NCBI GenBank assembly: GCA_963676395.1
Contig: OY781066.1
Location: forward strand, 832,001-896,000
Length of the DNA stretch: 64,000 nucleotides
DNA from: a bacterium
GTDB taxonomy: Bacteria > Fidelibacterota > Fidelibacteria > Fidelibacterales > Fidelibacteraceae
Direction: 5' to 3'
Numbering within the stretch: the first letter of the stretch is position 1; the number at the start of each line of letters is the position of its first letter. The notes beneath the pieces were generated by a model that saw only the letters and a list, made by a program, of their open reading frames with translations, ran no database searches and was not told the DNA's origin. A program made the translations under genes and the position numbers. Positions 1-11,005 of this stretch are shown here, piece by piece.

Positions 1-400
1 TGTATGACTTTGCATTTTTCTTCAATAGTGAAACGAATTCATAACTAAGATGAGAAACAGTTTGAACATTCAACTCTATTGTTCGGCTCCATTTAACATA
101 CTCACTTTCAAGAAAAGGTACCGCACCACCTATGCCGGCATTATTTACTAACATTGACACAGCTAAACCGCTCGATTGAACTTTATCAATAAAATCTGTT
201 CGTTCTTTTTCTATTACCAAATCATGTTCAAAACAACGAACATCACATCCATAATGTTGGATCAATCCTTCTTTAACTGTTTCTATCCCTGTTCCGGGTA
301 AATCACATAAGATCACGTTCCAACCTCTTTTGGCAATTTCATATGCAAATGATCTTCCTAATCCTCTGCTGGCTCCGGTTATTATTGCGTACTCTTTCAT
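1..400 (-). CDS. SDR family oxidoreductase (partial; runs off window start)
   Basis: Manual translation from ATG at 400: MKEYAIITGASRGLGRSFAYEIAKRGWNVIL (TGxxxGxG Rossmann motif); AGGA RBS upstream. Confidence 0.85.
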   Translation of the reverse strand, partial: MKEYAIITGASRGLGRSFAYEIAKRGWNVILCDLPGTGIETVKEGLIQHYGCDVRCFEHDLVIEKERTDFIDKVQSSGLAVSMLVNNAGIGGAVPFLESEYVKWSRTIELNVQTVSHLSYEFVSLLKKNAKSY

Positions 401-485
401 TTAAATTCCTTTTATTCTTTTTCTAACACTTGTATAAAATACTTGTTTTAAATATATGTTTTACCAATAATAAATAGGAGATGAT

Positions 486-1331
486 ATGAACACAACAAAA
501 CAAAAGATCATACTGATCACCGGTGCAACATCGGGAATCGGTTTCGCAACTGCTAATGGCTTATTGCAAGAAGGTTACCACGTAATCATTTCGGGAAGAA
601 ATAAAAACAGACTATCTTTAGCCCATAAAAAACTCAAACAATACCACCCAAAACGTCATATCGATACATTATTGTGCGATCTATCCTCCCTAAACTCAAT
701 AAAGGAAGCTGCCGAATTGATCACAAAAGAACACGATAAGCTTGATGTTTTGATCAACAATGCCGGTTCCTTTGCTTCTTCCCGCAAGGAGACTAAAGAT
801 GGTTTTGAATGGCAATTTGGGATTAATCACCTAGGACACTTTTACCTAACTCATCTCTTGTTACCACTGATCAAAAAAGCAGAACAAGGAAGAATCATCA
901 ACATGAGTTCCGGCTCACATTATAACGGCAAAATTCACTGGAATGATCTACAACTAAAACACTATCGTGCTTTAAAAAGTTACGGACAGTCAAAATTAGC
1001 CAATGTACTTTTTACTTATGAATTGGCAAGAAGGTTAAAAGGGACAAGTATAACTGTTAATGCAGTTGATCCCGGCTTAGTCAATACAAACATGGGTGAA
1101 AAAGATACAGGATTTCTAACCCAATTCATTTGGAGTCGCCGTAAAAAACATGGTAAAAGTGTCGAAGTCGGTGCCTCTTCTTCGATCTTTCTTTCTCATA
1201 GCGCCGAAGGAGGCAAGAACACAGGCCTATATTGGAAATACTGTAAGCCCGTTGCTTCCAGTAGGCGCTCATATAAAGTTGAAGATCAATTGAGATTATG
1301 GGAGATATCTTCGATACTCTGTGGAATTTAA
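486..1331 (+). CDS. SDR family oxidoreductase (retinol dehydrogenase-like)
   Basis: TGATSGIG, NNAG and YGQSK (YxxxK) motifs. Confidence 0.9.
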   Translation: MNTTKQKIILITGATSGIGFATANGLLQEGYHVIISGRNKNRLSLAHKKLKQYHPKRHIDTLLCDLSSLNSIKEAAELITKEHDKLDVLINNAGSFASSRKETKDGFEWQFGINHLGHFYLTHLLLPLIKKAEQGRIINMSSGSHYNGKIHWNDLQLKHYRALKSYGQSKLANVLFTYELARRLKGTSITVNAVDPGLVNTNMGEKDTGFLTQFIWSRRKKHGKSVEVGASSSIFLSHSAEGGKNTGLYWKYCKPVASSRRSYKVEDQLRLWEISSILCGI

Positions 1332-1340
1332 TAATGAAAT

Positions 1341-1370
1341 AAAAAAACCTCGAACTTTGTCGAGGTTTTT
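1341..1370. terminator. Bidirectional intrinsic terminator
   Basis: aaaaaaacctcga-actttg-tcgaggttttt hairpin between convergent genes. Confidence 0.75.
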
Positions 1371-1389
1371 TATTTCTATTTCAAAGCTT

Positions 1390-2568
1390 TTAAAACAGCT
1401 CTACTTCAGACAAATGTTTAACCCCCAACTGACCAACATAGTTGATCACATCTGTACCACGCTTAAATTGATTATGACGGTATTTACTGTAATTATCATC
1501 TTCGGGGTTGAAACTTAAAATATTCACATCTCCTGCTTCGTGAATAAATTTACCATCTCCAATGTAAATACCAACATGTGTAATACGTTCTTTTCCATCA
1601 CGATCATAACCAAAAAATACCAGGTTACCGGGTTTTAGCTTATCAATTTCATCTTTTCCGACAGCTACTTCTTTGCCAACATGCACCTGTTGTGATGCAT
1701 CACGTGGGAGGTACACTCCGTGTAAAAACATCACGGTGCGAACAAAGCCGGAACAATCCAGCATTTTGGTTGATGTTCCACCCCAAAGATAAGGACGCCC
1801 CATAAAAGTATGACCTAGTTCAATCACAGATTCTGCTGTAGGTTTTGCATCTTTTAGCCATTCACTGTAATTGGCACAATCTTCTGCTTTTACATAACCT
1901 TCACGACCACCCGGATAGGCCACTTTAACATAATCACCTTCACGACCCAATTCTTTCAAAAATGATTTAGCGGTAATATCCGAAACCTTTGCCGATTTAC
2001 ATGAAGGTTCTTCATATACATATCCCATGTCTGCTAAATAAATGATCTTTTGTGCATCCTGCCATGCTTTAAATTCTTCTGCTGTCATAGCAGTATAAGC
2101 ACCCCGCTCTATCCATCCCAGGTATCCATCCGGTGTTTGAGCGTATCTATCTGATCCATTTTCATCAATCTTATACAGTTTAATGGGAGTTCCCAAAACA
2201 GCTTGAGTTGCCATTTCGGCGCGCGCCGAATGCTCAACACGAACATTGGCTACAGGTCTATCAATAACACCAAATATCTTACCTTCTAACTCGGCATCAG
2301 GTAAAACCCGCACTTTATTGGCCACCGTATACCCTTCTTTTTCCAAAGAAGTAACCAGTTTTAATAATCCGACATTTGTATTGATCTCACCTTCAAGTGT
2401 AACGGTCTTACCGCTCTGTTTGAATTCAATATCATAAACATTTACTCTTCGGTCGGGACAAAACTCTGCTTTCCCTTCTTTCAAGAATGCAGAAACCGGA
2501 CGCACCGGCACATCAGAACAAGAGATAAGCAATGCTAAACTCAAAACTACAAGTAAAATCTTTTTCAT
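1390..2568 (-). CDS. NlpC/P60 (C40) peptidase lipoprotein with SH3b domains (YkfC-like)
   Basis: Lipobox LISC; PYLWGG, DCSGF, LPRDASQQ, HVGIY and FIH motifs. Confidence 0.9.
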   Translation of the reverse strand: MKKILLVVLSLALLISCSDVPVRPVSAFLKEGKAEFCPDRRVNVYDIEFKQSGKTVTLEGEINTNVGLLKLVTSLEKEGYTVANKVRVLPDAELEGKIFGVIDRPVANVRVEHSARAEMATQAVLGTPIKLYKIDENGSDRYAQTPDGYLGWIERGAYTAMTAEEFKAWQDAQKIIYLADMGYVYEEPSCKSAKVSDITAKSFLKELGREGDYVKVAYPGGREGYVKAEDCANYSEWLKDAKPTAESVIELGHTFMGRPYLWGGTSTKMLDCSGFVRTVMFLHGVYLPRDASQQVHVGKEVAVGKDEIDKLKPGNLVFFGYDRDGKERITHVGIYIGDGKFIHEAGDVNILSFNPEDDNYSKYRHNQFKRGTDVINYVGQLGVKHLSEVELF

Positions 2569-2891
2569 AATTAGTCCTTATTTTACGTGGAATAATATAA
2601 GCAATGAACACGACAAAAGGCAAAACTAAAAAAAGCAAAGAGAATGATAGAATTAGATCAGCTTAATTTTTCCCGATTGAGTCAGCACAACAAAATATTT
2701 TAGAAAGGAAGTGCTATAAATTTCATTATATGATAGTCAACAAGCATCATCAACACACTTTATAAGCATATCAAAATAAAATATATTTCTTCTGCAATTT
2801 CATTTTCACATAAGCTCAAATCATAATTTGCTTTTCGACAAGCATTGTGTATATTCTCGCAGAGAATAAGATGAGTATGAAAGGAATCATA

Positions 2892-3905
2892 ATGAAAAGT
2901 AAGTTTAGCATATTAACTATTGTATACTTTGCTTTATTTAGCCTTGTTTATTCACAAGCTTTACCCGATATAGATGGATACAAAACCTTAAAATGTGATT
3001 TCCACACCCATACGGTATTTTCCGATGGTCTGGTTTGGCCGACAATTCGTGTTGATGAAGCAATAGACGAAGGATTAGATGCCATTGCGATCACCGATCA
3101 TATAGAATACCTTCCTCACAAGAAAATAATTTCAACCGATAAAAACATTTCTTCAGATATCGCAATTAAATACGGTAAAAAGAAAGGTATGATTGTCATT
3201 CATGGAACAGAAATCACCCGATGGATGCCACCCGGTCATTTCAATGCTCTATTCATCCAAGATGCAAACAAACTTGTACAAGATGATTTTTTAACGGTTG
3301 TCGAAGAAGCGGTTTCTCAAGGTGCCTTCATTCTATGGAATCATCCCGGCTGGAAAGTACATCAACCTGATGGTGTTGTACGCTGGTATGATGTGCATCA
3401 AACATTGATAGACCGCGGTTGGATGCACGGCATAGAGTTTTCCAATTATCATGAGTACTATACAACTGTGGCCGATCTGGCAAATGAACATGATCTCGCT
3501 TACTTTGCCAATTCCGATATTCACCACCTTATTAGCAAAATATTTTTACAAAAACACTCCCATCGCCCACTTACTTTGGTTTTCGCAGAAAAGAAAAATC
3601 AAGAAAGTATTCGCAAAGCGCTTTTCGAGAAAAGGACTATCGCTCTAACAGAAGATGATATTCTTGCCGGGCCGGAAAAACTGCTGAGTAATTTTATTGC
3701 AGCATGTCTTGACCATAAGATTGAAAACAAACAATTGCTGATTACAAATAAAGCAGAACTTCCCTTTATCTTAGAAGATAAAGACGGGAATATATTTAAA
3801 TTGGAACCACTCAGTACTTTAAGCATACCTTATAGCAAAGAGTGGATTATTAAAAACACATACATTAGTAAAAAGAAACACCTTTCATTGATATTCAATG
3901 TTTAA
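2892..3905 (+). CDS. PHP-domain metal-dependent phosphoesterase, secreted
   Basis: CDFHTHTVFSDG, ITDH, NHP and NSDIH motifs; signal peptide; start chosen at ATG after AAGGA. Confidence 0.8.
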   Translation: MKSKFSILTIVYFALFSLVYSQALPDIDGYKTLKCDFHTHTVFSDGLVWPTIRVDEAIDEGLDAIAITDHIEYLPHKKIISTDKNISSDIAIKYGKKKGMIVIHGTEITRWMPPGHFNALFIQDANKLVQDDFLTVVEEAVSQGAFILWNHPGWKVHQPDGVVRWYDVHQTLIDRGWMHGIEFSNYHEYYTTVADLANEHDLAYFANSDIHHLISKIFLQKHSHRPLTLVFAEKKNQESIRKALFEKRTIALTEDDILAGPEKLLSNFIAACLDHKIENKQLLITNKAELPFILEDKDGNIFKLEPLSTLSIPYSKEWIIKNTYISKKKHLSLIFNV

Positions 3906-3998
3906 AGGAAGGATGTATAAATATAGAGGCTAGACTTTTATCTTGCATTGTGACAAAGTAAGGCTTATCTTCTCGCAAATTTGAAAAAGAGGTACAAA

Positions 3999-4391
3999 TT
4001 GAGTTCTTTTAATCAACTACTATGCCCAAACTGTGGTGAACCCCTAAATGAAAAGCTTTTGAGCAAACGATTGTTTTGCCCACATTGTAAAACGAATTTA
4101 AAAAATGATATATACATTGATTTTCTTGAATACATCGTAGAACAAGGTATCGTTGACAATGTGGATTTTTTTGATCAGTCACTTTTCGGAGGTGATTTCT
4201 TGAAATATGAAATCAACGAAATGGACGGAGAACATGATATAGCCGATGTGGAAAATGATAATCCACAAGATTTTCTTGATGGCAATATGATCTCTATTGA
4301 AGATGAATTTATTGCCGATATCGAACCAGCCAATGGTGCTCAAGATGATTATGCGGTATTTGAAGTAAACGAGAGTGAAGATGAAGACTGA
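3999..4391 (+). CDS. Hypothetical zinc-ribbon protein with acidic C-terminus
   Basis: CPNC...CPHC; D/E-rich tail; TTG start after GAGG. Confidence 0.65.
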   Translation: MSSFNQLLCPNCGEPLNEKLLSKRLFCPHCKTNLKNDIYIDFLEYIVEQGIVDNVDFFDQSLFGGDFLKYEINEMDGEHDIADVENDNPQDFLDGNMISIEDEFIADIEPANGAQDDYAVFEVNESEDED

Positions 4392-4707
4392 CAATAAAGA
4401 ACAAAAACGGATTGAAATCAACATCAATCAAAAAACTGCACAAGGCAAGTATGCCAATTTGCAGATCGTTACACACAGTCCCAGTGAATTCATTCTGGAT
4501 TTCGCGCAAATGCTTCCCGGCCTGCCAAAAGCAGAAGTGGTTTCAAGATTGATCTTATCTCCTCAGCATGCCAAGGCATTAATGAAAACCTTGTCGGCCA
4601 ATGTTGCCCGCTACGAACAAAATTTTGGTGAGATCAAAGAGCCTCAGCATCCCGGCCAACCTCAATTACAATTCCAGGCTGAAAAAAAAGATGAGGTAAT
4701 TAACTAG
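4381..4707 (+). CDS. DUF3467 family protein
   Basis: GKYAN, HSPSEFILDF, SPQHAKAL, YEQNFGEI typical of the family. Confidence 0.85.
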   Translation: MKTDNKEQKRIEININQKTAQGKYANLQIVTHSPSEFILDFAQMLPGLPKAEVVSRLILSPQHAKALMKTLSANVARYEQNFGEIKEPQHPGQPQLQFQAEKKDEVIN

Positions 4708-4741
4708 CTCAACCGGTAAGCCAAAAGAAAAATCAAAATGT

Positions 4742-4769
4742 GACCCGAAAATATCGGGTCTTTTTTTTT
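4742..4769 (+). terminator. Intrinsic terminator
   Basis: gacccga-aaata-tcgggtc followed by T-run. Confidence 0.8.
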
Positions 4770-4858
4770 AATAATAGTATTCTTTGAATAAATATAATCG
4801 TATCAAAATTCACAGAAGTCAAGCATAGTCGGCCCGATTTAATTATTCAGATAAAGTA

Positions 4859-6622
4859 TCAAAAGATATAATTAAATCGCAAAGTTCCGGACTGATTGTA
4901 CACTCTTGCCATACTACGTTGATTGATCTGCTCCAATCGATAATTCAGCGTAAGAAAATTTGATAATCTCAAAGAAATCATTCCCCCAAGGCGTAAAGAC
5001 CTGTTACTTTCTTCTCTGTCTTCTATATCACTATATCGAAAATCTTGACGAAAAGAAAAAACCGGGCCGACCATGATTTGGTGACGACCTTTTTGATATC
5101 CCGGTGCCAATTCTAATTTAATAGTAAATTTCGAATCGGTTATTTCCTGAATAAAATCATCCCAATCCAATAACCCATTATCTTCCACACGCAAAAACAT
5201 GTAAGAGTTAACGAACCATCTCGCATTGAAATGATACTTGATATTCTGCTGTAATTTCAATCCACGAAATACCATGGACTGTACATGCACAAAGGCTGAA
5301 TCCTCATGATCATATACAAAATAATTGGCATATAACTCTTGTTTTGCATTCCAAGAAAGTTTACCGGGTATATTTGTACTGATATCTGACCGGATCGAAA
5401 ACACACGATTCCAATGATTCTGCGCGGAGCGCTGGTGAAATAAATAAACATAATGATGTAAGAACGCATTGGCACTCAGCGATAATCTTGTATGCTCATC
5501 AATACGGTGTTGCCACACCGGAGAAAAAGAATAGCTCAATTCATCTCGATCATCGTAATTGTTTGTATCGGGTGTATCATAATAAAGCAAAGAGCCAAGA
5601 TAGTTGAAACGAATACTGTCTTTATCGGAAATACGCCATCCCAACTTCGCTAGCACCCTATTCTTGTTAAACAAATAATCTGAAGGTAATGATATATTCT
5701 CATTACTAGCTACGGTTCTACTTTGTTTATAATCATTGATCCACCCTACTGTTGCACGAAATTTACCCTGTTTAGCTATAACGCGAACATCATTTTGTAA
5801 ACCTAAAAACTGGCGAGTCCGGATTTCCTTTTTATCATAGTATAAAAAACTCAAGCCATCATTAGATGAAGTAAAATCAACCTTATAATCCAGGACAAAG
5901 CCCTCTGCAATAGGATAATATAACCTGTTTCGCAAATAGGTAGAGATATTAAGTCGTTCTTCCGTATCTGCTTCGCGAGATACATAATACTCACGGTTAT
6001 ATGCCTTTATCCCTGCTGAAAACACATTTCGCACAGGTGAATCTTTTGCCAAATGAAAGGACACACGATTATCAAAGGTATAGTTTCGCCTGTCACCCAT
6101 TTGAGAATAATCCCAATCCAAATTAGGATAGATCAACAGATCCGGCTCAGCTCTATGCAACGATATGCCGGCATAACTCCCCATGTCCCTAATACCTAAA
6201 CGTGTTTCTCCTGCATAACCACTTTGCAAACTAATGGAATACCTTTTACTTTTAAGCTTGGCTTTTAAGCCTAATCTACCTTGATTATAATCATATGCAT
6301 GCGATGTTTGTCCATCTCTAAAATCAAAATATCTTCCTGCAAAACCCATCATCACCGAAGGCGAAAAGATATATAGCACATCAGCGGAAATTTCACTTTG
6401 CGTTTTAAGTTTTGAGGTTTCGCTATAAATAGATGATGCATTTGAAATATGATTATATAAGCAAAACTTACCAAGTTCCTGATGAAAACGATTTTTCGCA
6501 CCAAATTGATAATAATGATTTAACTGATTTGCATATACCATTGTGGTATCAGCGGCAAAAGCCGAATATCCCAACGCAAGGAATAATGAGATAACCGCTA
6601 AGATTTTTAATGGTTTTAGCAT
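4859..6622 (-). CDS. Hypothetical outer-membrane beta-barrel-like protein
   Basis: Signal peptide, amphipathic Tyr/Phe-rich strands, C-terminal YIF; start uncertain. Confidence 0.6.
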   Translation of the reverse strand: MLKPLKILAVISLFLALGYSAFAADTTMVYANQLNHYYQFGAKNRFHQELGKFCLYNHISNASSIYSETSKLKTQSEISADVLYIFSPSVMMGFAGRYFDFRDGQTSHAYDYNQGRLGLKAKLKSKRYSISLQSGYAGETRLGIRDMGSYAGISLHRAEPDLLIYPNLDWDYSQMGDRRNYTFDNRVSFHLAKDSPVRNVFSAGIKAYNREYYVSREADTEERLNISTYLRNRLYYPIAEGFVLDYKVDFTSSNDGLSFLYYDKKEIRTRQFLGLQNDVRVIAKQGKFRATVGWINDYKQSRTVASNENISLPSDYLFNKNRVLAKLGWRISDKDSIRFNYLGSLLYYDTPDTNNYDDRDELSYSFSPVWQHRIDEHTRLSLSANAFLHHYVYLFHQRSAQNHWNRVFSIRSDISTNIPGKLSWNAKQELYANYFVYDHEDSAFVHVQSMVFRGLKLQQNIKYHFNARWFVNSYMFLRVEDNGLLDWDDFIQEITDSKFTIKLELAPGYQKGRHQIMVGPVFSFRQDFRYSDIEDREESNRSLRLGGMISLRLSNFLTLNYRLEQINQRSMARVYNQSGTLRFNYIF

Positions 6623-6718
6623 GGGTAAAAATATGGATATTTGAGGTGTGTGGCAAATGAAAACACTTGAACGGAGCCAGTTCAAAAACATGCTTCTAAT
6701 TTAAACCGTCAAAATTGC

Positions 6719-7495
6719 TCAATGAACCTTTCTTAACTCAAAACCATCATCATCCATATAAGCATAGGTCCAATGATGAATCCAGTCTCCTAGAATAACA
6801 GCTTTCTTGCCATTATCATCGCTTATAAAAGGAGCATGAACGTGCCCTGATATGGCATAATTATATTCTCGTGCAATCTTTAACGAAAGGTATTCTTTCA
6901 TCTGCTCTACATATTTCAAAGGAGTTGAAGGTATCTCATCATGTTTTCGATTATAATGTGACACCTTTTCTCCAAGTTTATAGATCCACTTAATCGGTAG
7001 CAGTTTCAGCAATCCTATCGCCCACCAAGAACGCATGATCTTTCTTGCTATGTAAGATAGCCTGTTTTCTAAAATCACACCATCACCATGGTGCATAAAA
7101 AAGCGTTCTCCCTTAAACTCAAACGCCAAAGCATTTGGATAAAATCGTATGCCTACATTATTTGTGAGATAACCTTTGATCCAATAATCATGATTTCCGG
7201 CTATATAATGAATTTCTATACCGTCATGGACTAAGGTAGACATCAATTCAACAACAGGTCTTAATATCTCGGGGATATATGCATTTTTATCAAACCAAAA
7301 ATCAAAAAAATCACCAAGTATAAAAAGTGTCCCCCTACTTTCATGAACTTCTTGAAGAAGATCCAATACATATTTTAATCGCTTGTCTTGCTCCATATCA
7401 GAACAGGTCGATAAATGGATATCAGATAAAAAATAAAAAGGAAAAACCAAACGTCGTGAGCAAATGGTTGAAATTTCATAAGGATCTTTGTTCAT
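6719..7495 (-). CDS. lpxH: UDP-2,3-diacylglucosamine diphosphatase (metallophosphoesterase)
   Basis: SDIHL, LGDFFDFW, GNHD, HGD, GHVH, LGDW motifs. Confidence 0.8.
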   Translation of the reverse strand: MNKDPYEISTICSRRLVFPFYFLSDIHLSTCSDMEQDKRLKYVLDLLQEVHESRGTLFILGDFFDFWFDKNAYIPEILRPVVELMSTLVHDGIEIHYIAGNHDYWIKGYLTNNVGIRFYPNALAFEFKGERFFMHHGDGVILENRLSYIARKIMRSWWAIGLLKLLPIKWIYKLGEKVSHYNRKHDEIPSTPLKYVEQMKEYLSLKIAREYNYAISGHVHAPFISDDNGKKAVILGDWIHHWTYAYMDDDGFELRKVH

Positions 7496-7498
7496 GTT

Positions 7499-8956
7499 TT
7501 ATTTAGCACGTCCGCTTTCTTCGGTAAGCTTTGTAAACTTTTGAGTTAATTCATTTGAGGGTTCAAAGGTATCTAACTGCCATATCCAGTTATCAATGAT
7601 AGTACCCGGAAGGTTCATTCTGGCAGTACCATCCAATCCAAAGAGATCCTGAACTGGTGTGACTGCCCATTCGGCAGATGAATACAATGACATCTCGGTC
7701 ATCTTCCATGCAACTGTCTCAGCATTACATTCAAAATAGTTTGCCAAAAATTGTTTTTCTTCATTCGTCGCTTTTTCATACCAGCCTCGCACGGTATCAT
7801 TATCATGCGTGCCGGTATATACAACAAATCTATCATTCGTATCGTAATTATCAGGAAGAAAATCATTTCCCGGACCACTATTAAATGCAAACTGTAATAT
7901 TTTCATTCCGGGATAATTGAATTCTTGTCTTAAAGCTGTGACATCAGGAGTAATTACTCCCAGATCCTCAGCAATAATATCTAAAACAGGGATCCTTTCA
8001 TGAAGCACCCTAAAAACATCTGAACGAGGTCCGTCCACCCATTCTCCGACCTCAGCGGTAGCAGCACCATACTCAACTTCATAAGCCGCACAAAAACCAC
8101 GAAAATGATCGATACGAAGAATATCGGCGTGGATATTGCCAACCAGAGTACGCTGATACCACCATTCGTAATTCTCTTCTTTCATTCTTTGCCAATTATA
8201 ATGCGGCTGTGCCCATAACTGGCCGGTAGTCGTAAACACATCGGGTGGCACTCCGGTCCACACCAAAGGATATCCTTTTTCGTCCAATTTAAAAAGATCT
8301 CTATGCGCCCAGACATCTGAAGAATCACCTGAAATAAAGATTGGGATATCACCAATAACACGAATCCCCTTATCATTGGCATATTGTTTCAATTCTGTCC
8401 ATTGGGAAAATAAAATAAACTGCTCAAACTTAAATTGCAGTACTGCATCCGCTTGATTCATTTTCCATTTTTCCAAAGAGATATCGTGGCGATCTCGTAA
8501 ACCTACCGGGAAATCATACCAAGTATTCTGAAAATATTCATGTATGGTCATAAATAAAGCTGCATCTTCAAGCCAGTATTCATGCTTCTTGCAAAAAGTC
8601 TCAAAATCATTTTTATTTTTGCTTTCTTTCCAATTATTATATGCCATACGAAATGATTCTTCTTTCACATTATATGCATGCTCACTAAGATAATACCAAT
8701 CATCATCACTCAAATAACCTTGTTCTTTAAGCTTCTCAGGTGATACATAATCCGAACATATGGCATTTGCCGACAAAGAAGTGTATGGTGACCCCGTTTC
8801 ATCCGGAAAAGTTAAAGGCAGTATCTGCCAAAGTGATTGCTTTGTCTTATCAAGCCAATCCACAAATTTATAAGCTTCAGGACCAAAATCACCTTTCCCC
8901 CATTTATTCGGAAGAGAGGTAACGTGCATTAATACACCGGAAAGACGCTGAGACAT
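7499..8956 (-). CDS. malQ: 4-alpha-glucanotransferase (GH77)
   Basis: WQILPL, GVPPD, RIDHFRG, AEDLG, YTGTHDNDT, RMNLPG. Confidence 0.95.
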   Translation of the reverse strand: MSQRLSGVLMHVTSLPNKWGKGDFGPEAYKFVDWLDKTKQSLWQILPLTFPDETGSPYTSLSANAICSDYVSPEKLKEQGYLSDDDWYYLSEHAYNVKEESFRMAYNNWKESKNKNDFETFCKKHEYWLEDAALFMTIHEYFQNTWYDFPVGLRDRHDISLEKWKMNQADAVLQFKFEQFILFSQWTELKQYANDKGIRVIGDIPIFISGDSSDVWAHRDLFKLDEKGYPLVWTGVPPDVFTTTGQLWAQPHYNWQRMKEENYEWWYQRTLVGNIHADILRIDHFRGFCAAYEVEYGAATAEVGEWVDGPRSDVFRVLHERIPVLDIIAEDLGVITPDVTALRQEFNYPGMKILQFAFNSGPGNDFLPDNYDTNDRFVVYTGTHDNDTVRGWYEKATNEEKQFLANYFECNAETVAWKMTEMSLYSSAEWAVTPVQDLFGLDGTARMNLPGTIIDNWIWQLDTFEPSNELTQKFTKLTEESGRAK

Positions 8957-8965
8957 ATATTCCTC

Positions 8966-9352
8966 TTAAATCAAATTTTTAATATCAATTTTTATCTTAT
9001 ACAATAAATTTTTCCAATCGATCAATGACATATTATAATCCCAATGTTCATTTAACAGATCCTCTGGTGTATCATGAAATATGCGTTGAACCATGGTTGC
9101 GATCAAAATAACATCATCAACATAATTGACAAGCTGCAATGGGAATCGCTTTATACTTCTAAGCTTTAGATTGATCGGTAAGATCAGATACAAAGCTGTA
9201 CCACCGATCCACCATTTTACCTCACGAGGAGTACGCGAATCCCGCATCAGCCTATAAAACATTTTTAATAAAGCAGGAACACCTTTTGCAATCTCTTTTA
9301 AAGCCTCTTTGGTCGAAATCTCCAATGGATACGAAAGTTTTTCTCTTTCCAT
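8966..9352 (-). CDS. DUF1232/YkvA family membrane protein
   Basis: DSRTP..K, YLILP and YVDD pattern. Confidence 0.65.
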   Translation of the reverse strand: MEREKLSYPLEISTKEALKEIAKGVPALLKMFYRLMRDSRTPREVKWWIGGTALYLILPINLKLRSIKRFPLQLVNYVDDVILIATMVQRIFHDTPEDLLNEHWDYNMSLIDWKNLLYKIKIDIKNLI

Positions 9353-9353
9353 A

Positions 9354-10718
9354 TTACACCTCTGGTATTGCTTTCTTTTCAATTTTCCTAATGTCAAATG
9401 TCAACCAGGTATAAGCGATGACCGCCGACAAGAAGGAAGAAATCACCTGAGCCATGAACACACCATCCAGCCCCATGTTCAATACACGAGTGAACAGAAG
9501 TGCCAAAGGCAAAATGATAACAATAATTCGGAATGTTGTAATCAATAATCCCGGCATTCCTTTACCGAATCCTTGAAATACCCTACCCGATATCATGCCA
9601 ACTACAATAAATGGATAAGCAAATACCGTATATCGCACATAAGTGCTTCCCATTAGAACGACAGAGGGATCCTCGGTAAATATTTTCATAAAATACGGAG
9701 CAATAAAGTAAAAAACCAAACCAAAAGACAGGGCAAATATCTCACCCCACTTGACTACGAATAGCCATGTTGGCCGAATAAGATCCACACGTTTTGCTCC
9801 AAATAGCATACCAACCAAGGTAACAAGTGATGAAGATAAAGCCATAATCGGCATAAAGAACAATTGGTCCAGTCGCATACCTATACCGACCGCAGCAACG
9901 GCATTAGATCCAAAATAGACAACAATACGATTATATAGCATTTGTCCAAAGGACATGATTACGAAAGACAAGGAAGCCGGCAAGCCGATCTTAACGGTTG
10001 TACCAAGGATCTCCCAGGAAAATTTAAAATCAGAGAATTTAAATTGTACCAAACTATCTTTCTTTACGAAAAAGAACACAGCATATAATAACGTAACAAG
10101 CATTTGAGCCGTAATAGTTGCCCATGCCGCACCGGCGATTCCCAGATCTAACACAAAAATAAAAATAGGGTCTAAAGCAATATTAACGATAGTCCCGATA
10201 ACAGCAAATCGCACAGGAGTTTTAACATCTCCCTCACCTGAAAGAATTGAGCGGAAGAAAACACCTAAAATATTAAAAACAAAGCCAAACACAATAACTT
10301 CAAAATACTTAACGGCTAAATCAATGATATTCGCAGGTGCACCTAGAAGCTCAAAAATAGGATACCTAAAAATGATACTTAAGCCTGAGATAAACAAACC
10401 AAGGACAATTCCCATAAACACGGCATGTTCGGCCGCATTGTTTGCTCGATGTGAATCTTTAGCGCCTAAGGCCTGAGAAATGATCGCTGTGATACCTATC
10501 CCTAACCCAAAACAAATTGAGATCGCAAAAAATACAAAAGGCAAATTAAACTGCATAGCTGCTATAGCATCTTCAGATATTTTACTAACAAAAAAAGTAT
10601 CGGTTAGATTGTATAAATACTGAACCATCATTCCCAGCAATACGGGAAGCGTTAAACTCCATACCGCCTTCTTGGGATTATCTATATATTTTTGAACTCG
10701 TTGTAATTTTTCTGACAT
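9354..10718 (-). CDS. MATE family efflux transporter
   Basis: About 12 TM segments; YNLTDTFFVS, NIALDPIFI, GIAGAAWAT. Confidence 0.92.
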   Translation of the reverse strand: MSEKLQRVQKYIDNPKKAVWSLTLPVLLGMMVQYLYNLTDTFFVSKISEDAIAAMQFNLPFVFFAISICFGLGIGITAIISQALGAKDSHRANNAAEHAVFMGIVLGLFISGLSIIFRYPIFELLGAPANIIDLAVKYFEVIVFGFVFNILGVFFRSILSGEGDVKTPVRFAVIGTIVNIALDPIFIFVLDLGIAGAAWATITAQMLVTLLYAVFFFVKKDSLVQFKFSDFKFSWEILGTTVKIGLPASLSFVIMSFGQMLYNRIVVYFGSNAVAAVGIGMRLDQLFFMPIMALSSSLVTLVGMLFGAKRVDLIRPTWLFVVKWGEIFALSFGLVFYFIAPYFMKIFTEDPSVVLMGSTYVRYTVFAYPFIVVGMISGRVFQGFGKGMPGLLITTFRIIVIILPLALLFTRVLNMGLDGVFMAQVISSFLSAVIAYTWLTFDIRKIEKKAIPEV

Positions 10719-10951
10719 GTTTTTCCTTTTCAGTGAGTTACGAAGATAATTAATTTGGTCTCGAAATGAAAATGTTTTGTTGTGTTGATTCCAACCTTCC
10801 GACTGCCTGATAGTTGTTTATTTCGGCTCGTCAATCTTTTTATAATTCTTGGAAATAACCGATTTATGTTTTAACTCAGTCGGTATTTTTACCCTGCCTC
10901 CTTCATTTTATCATGTGCTACCACCTTGCAATACTTTTTTAAAGTAAAAAC

Positions 10952-10982
10952 AAAATAGCCTTGGATCGCAACCCAAGGCTAT
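10952..10982 (-). terminator. Intrinsic terminator after trkH
   Basis: atagccttgg...ccaaggctat hairpin with adjacent A-run on + strand. Confidence 0.7.
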
Positions 10983-11005
10983 CACATAAAATATTAAAGA
11001 ATGAT

